Source: Octopus sinensis
Taxonomy: Eukaryota
Length of the DNA stretch: 64,000 nucleotides
NCBI RefSeq assembly: GCF_006345805.1
Contig: NC_042999.1
Span: 72,106,001 to 72,170,000 of the forward strand
Direction: 5' to 3'
Position numbers and translations under genes: made by a program. This document shows positions 26,861-40,551 of the stretch, one piece after another. The notes under the pieces were generated by a model. The model searched no databases and was not told where the DNA came from. It saw only the letters and a program-made list of their open reading frames with translations. Within the stretch, counting starts at the first letter, position 1. Each line of letters starts with the position of its first letter.

Positions 26861-28973
26861 TGGTTTCAATGTTGGACACAAGCTATTTTGAGTATATGGG
26901 ATTATATCGACCGCAGTACTTGATCGGAACTTGAAAGACAAAAGTTTACCTCTGCGAGACTTGAACTCAAAACCCATCAAGAACCATTGCAATTATGCGA
27001 TGCTCTATTGGTTTTGCAGCTCCCTGTCTAAATTATTGATACAGCTACCATTGTTGATAAAGAATTTTAAACAGTGATGTAAGAAATTATAATATTGATG
27101 TTACTCTTTTGGCACAAGGCCAGCAATATTCATGGGAGTGGATAAGTGGATCACTTCAACCTCAGTGTATAACTAGTACTTATTTTATCTACCCTAAAAA
27201 GATGAAAGGCAAAACCGACCGCCGCAGTATTTGAACTCAGAACGTAAAGACGGCCGAAATGGTGCTTAGAATTTTACCCGGCGTGATAACGACTCTGCCT
27301 GCTCGCCGCCTTATAAAGAATTATATATCTAAAATAAAGGAAATTGTTTTACAAATACCGTTGACTTATAAACAGAAAATACCATTTACAATCATATACA
27401 TCGACAGATCTCTTTTTTTTTTCTGATAATCCCCGAAGCAAATCTTGACTCATGTAAGCACAAAGTAAATCCACTCTAAATATAAAATCGAAAATATATG
27501 CCTATTTTCAAAGTCGTATTGACGCTCATGCCACAGAAATTCCTATCAAGTTATTTTAATATAATTCACAGTGATATGTAAAATGTTGACTATAACTGAG
27601 AAGTGAGAGAAAAGGATTAAAGAGCATTCAAGATAGAACTCTCAGGCTCTGAGTTCACTCGGTTCTTAGTGTCTGCCTCAGGGTGGTATACCTCATCTCT
27701 GCTTTGTACAGTAAACGCAACAATTGATTCACTTAAGTGCAGTAATGGAAACATGATCTTGGCGTTACATACAGTGGGTTTCGTAAGATTTGTATCTTTT
27801 GTGCTTCTAACCGTGTGAACCGAAGACAAGCACCAGCTCTGTGGACCGTACATCCGTTAAGGACATACATCATAATTTAAATTGTTTACTTGCTATATGT
27901 TATAAAGGAATAAAGCAGTTATATAAACTTATTTCACTAGTATTTCATTCTGAATTGAGCTAAAAAAGAAAAAACTTGTCTCAATATTAAAATGCTCCTC
28001 CATTTACCTAGTTCGTTTCACATCAAAAGATGAAAGGTGTGAGATTTCTTACTCACCTCTGTTATGTGCCATCCATGTCTAAGGATCTTAACTCATAAAT
28101 ATGGAAGATATCCGTCATTTGTCACCCCAAATAATTAGTCACTGTTAATATATGTTCTCTACTGAGTTGTGAGTTACATATACTTCCATTCCACTCCACA
28201 ATCAAAAAGGTAGGCCATCTATATAATTGGTCTATTGAAAGCTTATGATGAACAATGCCAGTTGCGATATTAAATTAGAAACTAACTAAATGGACATTTA
28301 TGCCAGAGTTTTGTATAAGCTGTCGTATGACAATGGATTTTATGTGAACATTTCATTTTATAATTTTAAATAATGTGTTTAATTTTATTTTATATACTTG
28401 CATTGAATAATTCAAACTAAATTACAATTTTACAATGTTATATATTATCTGCATAAAACGCTAACAATTTTTTATCAGATCAGAACTAACTGATTGACTT
28501 ATTCGGTTTTCTCATATTCATTGGTATTTGGTCAACCAGTTTCTACCACAATAGCCTTTAGAAATATACGACGCAATCATAAATTGATTTCAGGTATAGA
28601 AAAATCTGGAATCTAACGTTTTCTTCGAACCTCAAATTTTAATCATTCATTATTTTGAAAAATTGATAATAAAGAAGTTAGAAGCATTTTAAGTTACGTA
28701 TTTATAGCCAATGAATTTTGAGCCATTGTCATTCACAACGGAAGTCGAAATGCTTTGTTCTCATGGCAACTCCGCTTCGTTAATTTTTTTTTTCAGTTGA
28801 GCACGAACCCGCGAGCAGCAATCCGTTTGAAACAAATTCTTTTCAGAATGAATGCTCCAATAATATTTTAGTCAGAGATAATTAAGATGGAGGATGAATC
28901 AGCGATACATTTTTTGACATTTCACACACACACACACATACGCATACACATTGTGTGTGTGTGTGTGTCTCTC

Positions 28974-29022
<49 letters not shown>

Positions 29023-29073
29023 GTATATATATATGAATAAATGAAAGAATGGTGTCGAACGACGATTTTAACA

Positions 29074-29178
29074 AAATTCCTTTACTCTCGACACATGTTT
29101 CGAAGGCTGCATATTCCTAATTCCAAAGGAATAAAGGGTGCATTATGCCGCCATCTCATCAGGAAAGACAAGGAACTT
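29074..29178 (-). ncRNA. Type I hammerhead ribozyme, mirror copy
   Basis: Reverse complement of 29873-29977 with an intact core (TCATCAG 29156-29162, GTTTC 29097-29101, GAC 29090-29092). Confidence 0.75.
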
Positions 29179-29872
29179 ATGTCAGCACCATGAAGAGCAA
29201 AAACTTTTAGATGACTGCCCACATGATGTCCACAGTAATAATGAGTGTTTCTTTAAAATATCCCGTTATAAGCAATGACGTCAAAGTTGGTTGGATGGAG
29301 AGAGAGAGAAAGAGAGAGAGGTGGGGAGATGCAGAGAAAAAGAGGAAAACATATCCCAACAAATTTAGTAGTAATTCTTCATGTAATTTCTTTTTTTCTA
29401 CTACGTTACATGAAGAATTACTACTAAATTTGTTGGGATATGTTTTCCTCTTTTTCTCTGCATCTCCCCACCTCTCTCTCTTTCTCTCTCTCTCTCTATC
29501 ATACCCACAATCGAACACACAGACACAAATCTGTCACCTCACTACTAAATGTTTCTGACATTTGTCACCCTACACACACAGTCACGCACACACATAGGCA
29601 CGAATCCAGTTATATACATACACACACACAAGCACTCAAACTCATTAACAATAGAATACACCCACGCATACAATACAGCTTGCACTCTATCCCCTTCCTA
29701 GAGCTTTCTCCTCCCAACCAAATTTGAACTCTTGAACTCTTTAGAACATTCTCCATCCAACCAACTTTGACGTCATTGCTTATAACGGGATATTTTAAAG
29801 AAACACTCATTATTACTGTGGACATCATGTGGGCAGTCATCTAAAGGTTTTTGCTCTTCATGGTGCTGACAT

Positions 29873-29977
29873 AAGTTCCTTGTCTTTCCTGATGAGATGG
29901 CGGCATAATGCACCCTTTATTCCTTCGGAATTAGGAATATGCAGCCTTCGAAACATGTGTCGAGAGTAAAGGAATTT
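29873..29977 (+). ncRNA. Type I hammerhead ribozyme (minimal stem III)
   Basis: CTGATGA 29889-29895, G-C-closed long stem II, GAAAC 29950-29954, loop ATGT, GTC 29959-29961; stem I CTTTC/GAGAG plus AAGTTCCTT/AAGGAATTT. Confidence 0.75.
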
Positions 29978-30159
29978 TGTTAAAATCGTCGTTCGACTCC
30001 ATTTTTTCATTTATTCATAGTTAAAAAAACACACAAATTTACACACGAGAACACGGGATCCCTGCCCTTGGCATATAGCTTCAACCGTGTTTTCTGACGT
30101 GAATGTGCTACCCAGGTATCGGTTAACCGAATTATCCATACTAGGATAATTCATTCACC

Positions 30160-30215
<56 letters not shown>

Positions 30216-30318
30216 AGACAAGTTTCTTTTTAGTTTCCATCTACCAAATACACTTCTGAGGCTTTGTTAAGCTCAAGAATATAATAGGAGATACCCGATG
30301 TACCACGCATGAATCTGT

Positions 30319-30400
<82 letters not shown>

Positions 30401-33127
30401 TTCGACAAAAGATCTCTATACAAAACTCCTGGGTCCTCTCCAGCATCCTAAGACTTCTACTACCATCCTTCTCCGGGCACATCAGCAACTTCGATAGAAA
30501 ACAGAAACAGTCAAAGGTGGAATACATTCATGAGAGTCAACGGCCTTTCACTAGTGTGTGTATGAGCATTTACGTAGTTTTAGGTTCATATAAAAGTACA
30601 TTTTTCTGTAGTCGTTAACCATCTTGACATTTTTTATTACTAGTTTAAGAGTTTCCAATTTCGAGAGTGAAATTTGTGTAGCACCAGGTTTTGTCACAAT
30701 AAATTTCATTTAGGGATACTTATATTTATAGTTTCCTGTGTAATTTAAGATTCGAGTTTCTTGAAGTCATAATTGAGGGATCTATCGTTGTAATGGTTGA
30801 GAATTACATGCATCTTCAATAAAACTCCACCACTTCCAGGCCCACAGCTGCAGCACAAACGAAACGTAAGATGATTCCTCTGTCATCCACGCGTGAATCA
30901 TGAAACACTCCGTGTCGTTAAATGGTGTCAGTGCCAAGGAGGTGGAGAACTATGGTGAGAATTCATGGTAGGAAAGTACTACATCATGTAAAGGAAAGAG
31001 GAAAGGAGCCTAAAAAGTGGCCATAATATTAGTGATTCAATGGCTATCATGTATGTTTCCATGTATGTACGTTTGTATGCAAATATGCATGTAGGTATAT
31101 ATCTTTGTATGTATGCATGCATATATATATATATATATACATGTATGTATGTATGTATGTGTGTATCTTACAGGTTTTATATATCTGCAGGATATGTAAA
31201 TATCAGAGAAAAAATTAGTGCTTTTAGCCAAACATTCCTTGTAATATTATCCCTGTATAAGGTTCACAGGCAATTTGTTGTCCACCTTGCCATCCTAAAT
31301 GCAATGGCCCTAATCCTGTTATTCATTTGGCGATTATGGAGATTATTACGTTGGCTTGCAACATTACGTTCAATAGGAACGTCATCTATTTTCGTTTCAT
31401 TTGTATTCTCTCAGTCAAAGATAACGGAAAATACATCATCTTAGCACTTTAACATAGTGAGCCATTCATTGAAAGCCTAGATTTATTGCTAATTATGCGT
31501 AATATGCGTGAGTGTGTATATGCATGTGAATTTCAGCGTTTATGTGCCAAAGAATCATTGGTGTTTCATACTATTTTAAATGCAAACCTGTAGCTTCATT
31601 ACGTTGAAATGAGGGTCATAATAAGAAACCAGTCAGATTAAAAGGCTGTCAGTTATTATTCAATCATAGGATCGCATACACGTTAACATGAAACTGATGC
31701 AGTAAACTTAATGAGGCCTCTAATTTACAACTCCACCAGATATGATACAACAGTTGTCAGCATATAAACGGTCGCCACCAAATTACCTCGTCACTGCCTT
31801 TAATGCCTTAACGTTCGTTCTCTTCCCACACACATCAAAGTATAAATTTGATCATAAACAAAATTAATAGGGCATTTAAAGCAAATCAGATATGGTCATG
31901 ATAATTTAATGTAACTACCATTCAATATTTCTCAGTAAGGCTCCATAAACATTTAAAAACTTGTCGATATACTCTTTTACTAGGAAAACAATTTAACATT
32001 AACTTCACAGATATAAGGTGTTATTTTCCAGTTGGTAGCTCCCCATATTGAGTACTTAGACAGTTTATGCCATCATGACTACTGCTTTTACAATTCATTC
32101 CTTTTAGTGACAACATAAGTCAGCCACAACTACATTCCCTGTGCTTTGATGAATAGGACGAATTCATAAAGGGTACTATGCCCTTTCTATCACATGTTAC
32201 AGATAGCTGAAGCACCAAGGTACAAGAAACTACAGATCCTAGTTATCCTTTGAGTACTTAAAAGAAGCATTTCAGGGGCTTAGCCTTTATGGAAATTAAT
32301 CGTTCTTTCTTGATTATTATTCGTGTGGCCATAACTCTGTTGACGTAATCTTCATCCTTTAAGGTATATAAACCAAAGATTGAAATCCCTACAAAATATT
32401 GGGCCAGTAATAAGCAGAAAACACAAGATCAAAATACAATGTGTCGGAGCGAGTGATATTTTCTCAAAATGCTACTACTGGCTCGGGAAACACATCGTAA
32501 AAAAAAATTGCTTTCCAAAATGACTAATATTCCACTTTCAAACATTTTCATCGAAGTTTCCAAAGAGATATTTATTTAACTATCGAATTATTATTCCAAA
32601 CACGTCGAAGACGATTTTTTATTATATTTATTCACAACTACTATGATACAAAATACAGGTTACTATAGTTCTTAAAGTGAGAGAAGTAACAAGGTATCTG
32701 GACTACTTCAACCACCAATTTAGCTTACTAACGTTAACTTATTGTTAATAACGAACGCCTACATATACATACTTAATACAAAGTTGATGCTTTAAATATA
32801 AATGCAACAACATTAATAATTATATTTATAATTCATATTTGCCAATATATTAGCTGTTTCGTGATAACTATATTTTGATTTCTCTTCTCTCACTCTCTTT
32901 CCCCTTCTCTCTTTTCCTTACTCTACACCTCTCTCTTACACTGTCTTTCCCCTCCCCCTCTCACTCTTTCCCTCTATATATATATATAAATGTACATATA
33001 TATATACATATATATACATATATATATTATATATATATATATATAATATATATATATATATATTTATTTATATTTGTCTGTCTTTGTGCGTGTCCTTGCC
33101 TGTAGGTATTTATTTATCCATATTAAC

Positions 33128-33173
<46 letters not shown>

Positions 33174-33962
33174 TCTGTGTACGTGTATATGCATATAAAG
33201 TTGGTTATGTCCGAAAATAGAGTGTAAATACGTGCACATATGCACACATGCACATACCAACACACACAACGCATATACACACATAATGTTTCTGTATGTA
33301 TGTGTAAGAGAGTAAGCATGTACATGTGAGCGTTTGTAAATAAGTGAGAAGGGAGGGGAGAAAAAGAGAGGGGGAGTGTGAGTGAGAGAGGGACAGAGAG
33401 AGAGAGGGAGGACATGTTGGATAATATATGTTATGTATATGTATGCAGATGTTTGAAAGTGCCAATTTCTGCCTATGATATCTACTCATACTTCCATTCA
33501 TGTTTAGAAAGTGATATTGTCTAGTCACGAAATTAATTGTCTGTTTCGTAGTTATAAAATCTTTCGAAGAGCTGCAACTTTTTTTTCTTTTTAAATCACG
33601 TTTTATTAACTCCTATTTCACAGCTGCATTTTCTCATCGTAATATTATCTCAGATTTACCAGTTAACTTCTTTCTTATGTAAACAAATCTCTTAGCTGTA
33701 GTGTTGTTTTTGTATCGTTAGTGTAATTAATATGATTATTAAAGCTGTGCAGATAGCCGAGACAGACAAGCGTAGGATTACATTTTTTAACAATGTTTCA
33801 TGTTCCATTTCCTCCCACTCAACACCAATCGCTTATCTTTCACTTCTTTCATTCATTGGACTGCTGCCAAGCTGAGGCACCGTTTTCAAGTATGTAGTCA
33901 AAAAACTTGACTCAAATACTTCTTTTTTTCTAAGTCTGGCTTCTATTCTACACCTCTATATG

Positions 33963-34027
<65 letters not shown>

Positions 34028-34121
34028 TGAGAATTTACAAAAAATGAAAAGACGAAGATGGGTGTGCAATCAACAAACGCATTAGTTAAACGCACGGGAA
34101 ATGAGAAAGTCTTTGGAGTCT

Positions 34122-34735
34122 GATCGATAAGTATCCCGATTGTGGCCATAATAATGACGTTACAGCACGCAGAGGGAAACTGCTTAGCACAGATTGACTT
34201 TGAGCTCTGTTGTGCATGCGCACTATGTTTTAACATTCTAGCTCACTTTCACTGTTTACAGCAGTGCTTGGAAGGAAGGTGGGTAGTGTATAATAGTCGC
34301 ATTGACCATGACAAAGATAATTGCCATGGCGATACCTGTTCAGAGGCCTACGCAAAGTTGCAGGAAGTGCATGGAGAGGTATGTATGAGTCACATTAAGT
34401 GTACGAGTAGTTCAGAAGTTTCCAAGACGGCCTAAAAAATGTCGATATTGACGAACGTTCTCGGAGAACCGCAACCAGCAGAAGTGAGTAAAATTTCACA
34501 GATGTGCATGCAGCTGCGAGGAGAAATCGTCGAATTACCATCTGCGAGTTATCAGAGGATGTGCAGATTAGTTACGGTTCAGTTTAGCCATTATCCCTGA
34601 AGATCTAGATATGAAACGCGTGTCTGACAAGTTTGTGCCAAGCAGCTTTCAGCTGACCAAAAAGACAACTTGGGTTTCTGTTGCACAAATTCTCCTCGAT
34701 TATATCGAGAACAATGAAATGTTTTTGAAACATTT
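34122..34735 (+). mobile_element. Mariner-family 5' portion (HTH region), degraded
   Basis: SEAYAKLQEVHG...DERS...RRITICELSEDVQISYGSV...KFVP (HTH and WVPxxL-like linker) with stops and frameshifts. Confidence 0.75.
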
Positions 34736-34821
34736 GCGTAGGCTGTAAGCAGGGATAGTCAAGCTTTTGGCAAAATTTGACGCAGATTATCGGCTCAACG
34801 TTCTCTATAATGGTCAATGCG

Positions 34822-34862
<41 letters not shown>

Positions 34863-35148
34863 TATATAAGGAAAATAAGACAAGGTAGAAAATGCGGTTT
34901 CAGACTTTTGCGACTTTTTCAACTTAGAATAAAGCATGAAAAACAAGTAAATTGTGGAAAAATTAAATGAAATGGGTTTTATTAAATATTTCCATAGTTT
35001 TCAAATGCAAGGGACAGTTTACTTTCTTCTGTCTGTCTTTGTTACACCTTTTTACTCTTGTTGGTTCTAGATAGTTAGCAGCTGCTAGTTTCATATGATT
35101 TCTTGTCTTGTTTCCTTATACATATCAACTCGTGTGTTCCTTTTCAAA

Positions 35149-35213
<65 letters not shown>

Positions 35214-36430
35214 TATAATGATAAAGGGCAAATTAATCAATTGTTTAATAATTAATAATTATACCAAGTAGTTAGCTATTTTAAAAGAACCGTTATCGGT
35301 AAACATATATAAAAATTCTATAATTATGAGTATAATTATAATTAGGGTTCAGCAAAAAATTTGCTTCACCACAAACCGAAATTAAGAAATAGCAGTTAAA
35401 ACTAACTATTTCACTACCAAAAGAAAATCTCCCAGACAGCAATACTCAACAACCCACGAAGGTCAAGAGAAAAAAAATGACGAATCCGTATATCCGTATA
35501 TGTATATGCGTTTCGGAGTTAGAGAGATGTGAAAAATGTAAAATCATATTTCCACTCTATCATTCTCCTCTTCAGTACAGTAATTCAAGATTTTAAATTT
35601 GAGAGCACTGCAAAAATTAATCATATTTATCTGACCAGGGGACATCAGACAACATACATCTAACGACCAGTACTTCTGAATTCAAACAGACGAATGAGAT
35701 CTCGTATTCCTCCTCACTCAACCACCTGTGCTAGCAAGTAAAATTCTACAAAATATATATATAACAAGAACACAAGTGAAGTTTAAAGAGTTACAGCAGC
35801 TGTTTCAGTGACGTTTTTTTTTTAATAAATGATTAGACCACTACAATTACATCATGAATAAAATTCGCTCTCGTCAGGTGCTTTTTAAACGACGTAGTAG
35901 TAGAAGAAAATTTAAAACGACTCACTTTCCCAAGCTTTAGCAAAGCCAGTGAATATATTTGATGAACCATTGTTTGTCTACGTGTGTAGATGTTGATTGT
36001 ACTATATTTTGTGCGTACATGTTTATATATGAGCTTATTGATATGTATACTGTATGTCCATGTATATGTATATGCATATACATGCTTGTATGTGTGTGAG
36101 TCTGTGTATGTATACCTGCTTGAATAAATATATTCTTTTATTCTTATATGGATATTTGTCTTTCCTTTTACTTGTTCTTTTTTTCTTTTATTTGCTCAAG
36201 TCATTTGACTGCGGACATGCTGGAGCACCGCCTTTAGTCGGAGAAATCGACCCCAGGACTTACTTATTCTTTCTAAGCCTAGTACTTATTCTATCGGTCG
36301 CTTTTCCGAACAGCTATCTTTCGGGGACGTAAACACACCAACATCGGTTGGCGGGGCGAGAGGACAACTCAGACACATGCACATAAATATATACATATAT
36401 ATATATATATATATACATATACACGCACAA

Positions 36431-36491
<61 letters not shown>

Positions 36492-37313
36492 GTTGGTCGT
36501 CTTTCAGTTTCCGTCTACCAAATCCATTCACATGGCTTTGGATGGCCCGAGAATATAGTAAAAGACACTTGCCCATGTGTCACGTAGTGGGATTGAACCC
36601 GGAACAACGTGGTTTGGAAGCAAGCTTCTTACCACACCCGCTCCTATGTCTATTTGTATACGTCTTAGTGTCGTTGTCTACATATACGCATGTGTGAGTA
36701 TGTATACTAGGGTGGTTGTATATATTTGTGTGTGTGAGGCCATATAAGATAATACGTTGTTTCAAATTATTTGAGTGTATGTTGGTGTTTTTGATAACGT
36801 ACACACTAACTATGGTAAGCACTTCAATGGCCGCAGGGGTTTTAACGCCAACCTTACCATTTGGACAATGTTTTCCCCTTCACCCTATAATTCTTCTTTC
36901 TCTATCTTCTCATCTTTTATTTCCTTGCTAGTCTTCATTGAATACATAAATAACTATGATAGCGATCTATAAAAGTTTTATTGCCTCTGATCTCTGCTCC
37001 AAGTGTATTGCTAACAGCCTTTTAAAATTCAACGGTTCATAAAATATACGTAGACGATTTGCTAATGCTTGGCAAAGTGATTCGTCTTGAAGTTTCTTCC
37101 TCTGCCTATGGTTAAAATAACCCGATGAAAGCGGACTTTTTCATGATGTGATAGTAGGAATCGAACTACTTATCCATAAGAACAAAATGCTGCTGAAACA
37201 GCTGTTGTGAATCTTTAAATTCCACTTTTGTTCTTTATGCAAATGCCCTAACTGGAACCATCTTTATGCTGAATCTATAACTTGCATTGGGCCAGTAATC
37301 TGCGTGTATATAT

Positions 37314-37351
<38 letters not shown>

Positions 37352-37984
37352 TTTAGTTTCCGCCTTTTAGTTTCCGCCTACAAATTTCGTTCAGAAGGCT
37401 TTGGTCAGCATGCAGTTATAATAGATAACACTTGCTCACTGTGCTATACAGAAAGACCGAACCCAGAATTTAGTGGTTGGAGAGCAAACATTTTACCACT
37501 CAACGCACCTGTACCATCTAGACTGTGATTTAAGATGAGTTGATGAAGTACGCGTAATATTACTGTTGATCTATTGGAGTTCGTAAAAACTGGTAGATTA
37601 TTGGACGAAAATAACTTGTCTGTTTATATTCTGAATTCAAATCTACTTAACCATTTAGCTTCCAGCTGTTATTTGTTATGGATTCGTTAAGTGAAAACTG
37701 CAGTGCCTTTTGTATTGACAATTTCTCTAAATCGGGAGATTCATAACTTGTGTTCAGTTTGAAAACATGAACACTAAAATATTTCTATGAGACTACCGTT
37801 CGGTAAAATGGGGCGCTGTGATTCATATTGAAGCCAGGGAGGCGTGACAGGGTGAACGTTTCATATGAGCTCGGATAGAGTAGGTATACGGCTAGATACT
37901 TCAGACATGTTAATGTAGTATGAATATTATGGATATTATGTTTACATTCTTATGATAGGTGGTCAACATTGTTACGGTCATGGG

Positions 37985-38023
37985 AGAAGAAGAAGAAGAA
38001 GAAGAAGAAGAAGAAGAAGCAGC

Positions 38024-38069
<46 letters not shown>

Positions 38070-38096
38070 TAGTAGTAGTAGTAGTAGTAGTAGTAA
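37985..38096 (+). repeat. Compound (AGA)n(AGT)n microsatellite
   Basis: Direct inspection. Confidence 0.95.
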
Positions 38097-38119
38097 TGTG
38101 TGTGTGTGTAGTTTGTTCA

Positions 38120-38590
38120 ACAAGTATCCAGACTGTTGCTAGAGAAACGAAGGTAAAGTACGCAGAGTGAAGCCGCTTGGTAAAGATTGACCTTGAGCTC
38201 TGCTGTGCATGCACACTAATTGCTTGGAAAGTAGCTGTATAGCATGTGATCGTCGCATTGAGCATGACAGAAAAAGTTGTTATAGTGATATCTGTTTAGG
38301 TGTAGAAAATGTATGGAGCGGAGTGTATGAACCGCACACAAATGCAAGAATGATTCAGACGTTTCCAACATGACCGAAAAAATGTCGATGTTGACGAACG
38401 TGCTGAGAGACCTGCAACCAGCAGAACTGAGAAAAATATCGCAGATGTGCGTGCAGCTGTGAAGGGAAATCGTCCAAACACCAATATCCAGCCCTGAGTC
38501 CCGAGATATGGTACTTGGAAATGTCAGTTTCCTGGAGAAACACTTACAGAGAGATGCCATAAGAGCAGGGATGAGATAACCTCTTTATAT
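38120..38590 (+). mobile_element. Second, internally deleted copy of the 34122 mariner family
   Basis: Shared blocks TGAGCTCTG(T/C)TGTGCATGC, AAAAAATGTCGAT(A/G)TTGACGAACGT and GCAACCAGCAGAA. Confidence 0.7.
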
Positions 38591-38724
38591 ATATAGATAT
38601 ATATCATTCTTAGATACTTAGATAAACATGTTGTTGACAGTGACTTCGAAGTTTTAACAAGCTAATCCATCGTCGCACGTGAAAACACACATACATAAAT
38701 ATGTAAGTGCCTAAATGCTCTAAT

Positions 38725-38950
38725 TAAAGCCCATAATTCTTTTCTACTCCAGGCACAAGGCCCGAAATTTGGGGGGAGATGGCCAGTCGATTAGATTGAC
38801 TCAGTTCGCAACTGGTACATAATTTATTGACCCCTAAAAGATGAAAGACAAGGTCAACATCGGCGAAATTTGAACTCAGAAAGTAAAGACAGGGGAAACC
38901 GCTAAGCATTTAGCTCAGCGTGCTAACGTTTCTGCCAGCTCACCGCTTCC
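38725..38950 (-). mobile_element. Family-1 SINE; further minus-strand copies at about 45975-46190, 46310-46480 (long-tail variant) and 47100-47300
   Basis: Same motifs as the 1743-2566 copies. Confidence 0.8.
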
Positions 38951-38976
38951 CAGTTAAAATATAAGTTAAAACACAT

Positions 38977-39540
38977 AATTGTATACGTATATACTGACAG
39001 GGATTTCAATCACTCGAAGTCACCGATCGAAAATTCATTATACCGACAGGTCAGTTTCAGCAATATTCGCCGTCTCATCAATAAGGTCTGGCTCGACTTC
39101 TGTGGATTCCGGACTTAATTCTCTGTCAGTATATGTTTTCACCATAAAAATCTATGGATGATTTAGCGAATTGCAATTGTATGTACATAAAATTAATATC
39201 GACAGCAATGTGCAATATTTTCTATAATTTTCACTAAATATGAAACACGTACATTGCTAGAAGTAAGAGCTAAAATGCTCTATTTCTCTAGTCAAAGCAC
39301 ATAATTGTATACATATATGTATAGTGACAGGGACTATAATCGCCTGAAAACACCCATCGAAAATTCACTATAATGACCGGTCAGTTTTGGCAATTTTTGC
39401 TACCTCATCAGTAAAGATTGGTTCGATTTCGGCAGATTCCGGACTTAATTCTGTTTCAGTATATATGTTTTCACCACAAAAATATATGTATGATTACGGA
39501 ATCGCTAATGTGTATACAGAAAATTGATATAGGCAACAGA
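38977..39540 (-). repeat. Diverged direct duplication (about 38977-39210 / 39302-39540) with decayed coding signature
   Basis: Shared GATTCCGGACTTAATTCT and ATCGAAAATTCA; minus frames TDRELSPESTEVEPDLIDETANIAETD / TETELSPESAEIEPIFTDEVAKIAKTD. Confidence 0.75.
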
Positions 39541-39789
39541 AATCCAGAAATCCTGAGAAGAATGTTTCTATAAGGAACGTGAAGATTAAGAATTCCAAGC
39601 TAAAAATAATGTAGGAAGCTGTGATGGTCATGTATATCTCCACAGGAACCAAAACAATGCGACTGAAATGAAATAGAAGCAGTTAAAATGTAAATATTCA
39701 TCAATGGTGTATTGTATACATACATATGTGTGTATATAGCTAGCCATAGTTTCTACATCAGACATACAAGAATGTATCTAGCTAGCTGC

Positions 39790-40551
39790 AAATGCGAGCT
39801 AGAGAAATAATATTCTTAAGATTATAAACCCGGAAAAATACAAAGCAAGTTATTACACTTGGAAAATTTGAGGACAACTTATTACATCTGGTAAAGTACA
39901 TAACAAGAAAAGTTTTGCTTAAAATATTGCAGCTAAGGATAAAATTTCAAATAAAATATTTAGATTTAGAAAATATCTTCTATTAAAGCTAAACTTTTTT
40001 TTACAAATTATTACTTCTAATGGTTATTTGTTACTTCTATTAAAAATTTTAAATAACTCAAAATATTTTTTATGCATTTTAAAACAATTCATTTTTAAAA
40101 TTATTAATTAATAATTAGAAATTTGAAAATAGGTTACAAAAATAATAGTAGTATATAAATAATACAATAAATAGAATAATACAAAAATTAGTTATATGTT
40201 ACAGTAAAATCTATTTATCACAAATTCACAGTAAACTTTGCTTAATGAATTTGCTACTTTGCATACAACTTTAGCTATATTGGTATCACTGGTTCTCATT
40301 TATTATTCTAGTGTGTCAATATTTTAAGAAAATAATGGTATCATTTTTAATTATAATGTTAGTTTGTAAATTAAAATCGAATAATTTTTAATCTTCAAAT
40401 TTTATCCTTAGCATTATTTTAAGTAAAGATTTTCTTGTTCTGTACTTTACCATATGTAATAAGTTGTCCTGAATTTTTCCAAGTGTAATAACTTGCTCTG
40501 TATTTTTCCAGGTTTATAATCTTAAAAATATTATTTCTCTTGCTCGCATTT
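39790..40551. mobile_element. Foldback/MITE-like element with ~160-bp inverted arms (39790-39950 / 40394-40551)
   Basis: AAATGCGAGCTAGAGAAATAATATT vs AATATTATTTCTCTTGCTCGCATTT; arms built from ~29-bp subrepeats (AAGTTATTACAC.TGGAAAA). Confidence 0.75.

Larger units (their letters stand above)
29033..30018. mobile_element. Penelope-like inverted pLTR structure: 269-bp arms (29033-29301 / 29750-30018) plus an inner ~88-bp palindrome (29299-29386 / 29406-29493)
   Basis: Arms are near-perfect reverse complements, each containing a hammerhead core. Confidence 0.85.

Noticed and set aside
27617-28260. Host exons (ORF 27617-27853; donor AG|GTGAGT at 28057, minus strand)
   Set aside because: No recognisable domain. 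The frames upstream of the donor contain stops, and both strands are similarly open, so there is no basis to choose one.
31040-31444. 134-aa hydrophobic ORF
   Set aside because: The first third is microsatellite and the rest has no motif; the opposite strand is interrupted by stops.
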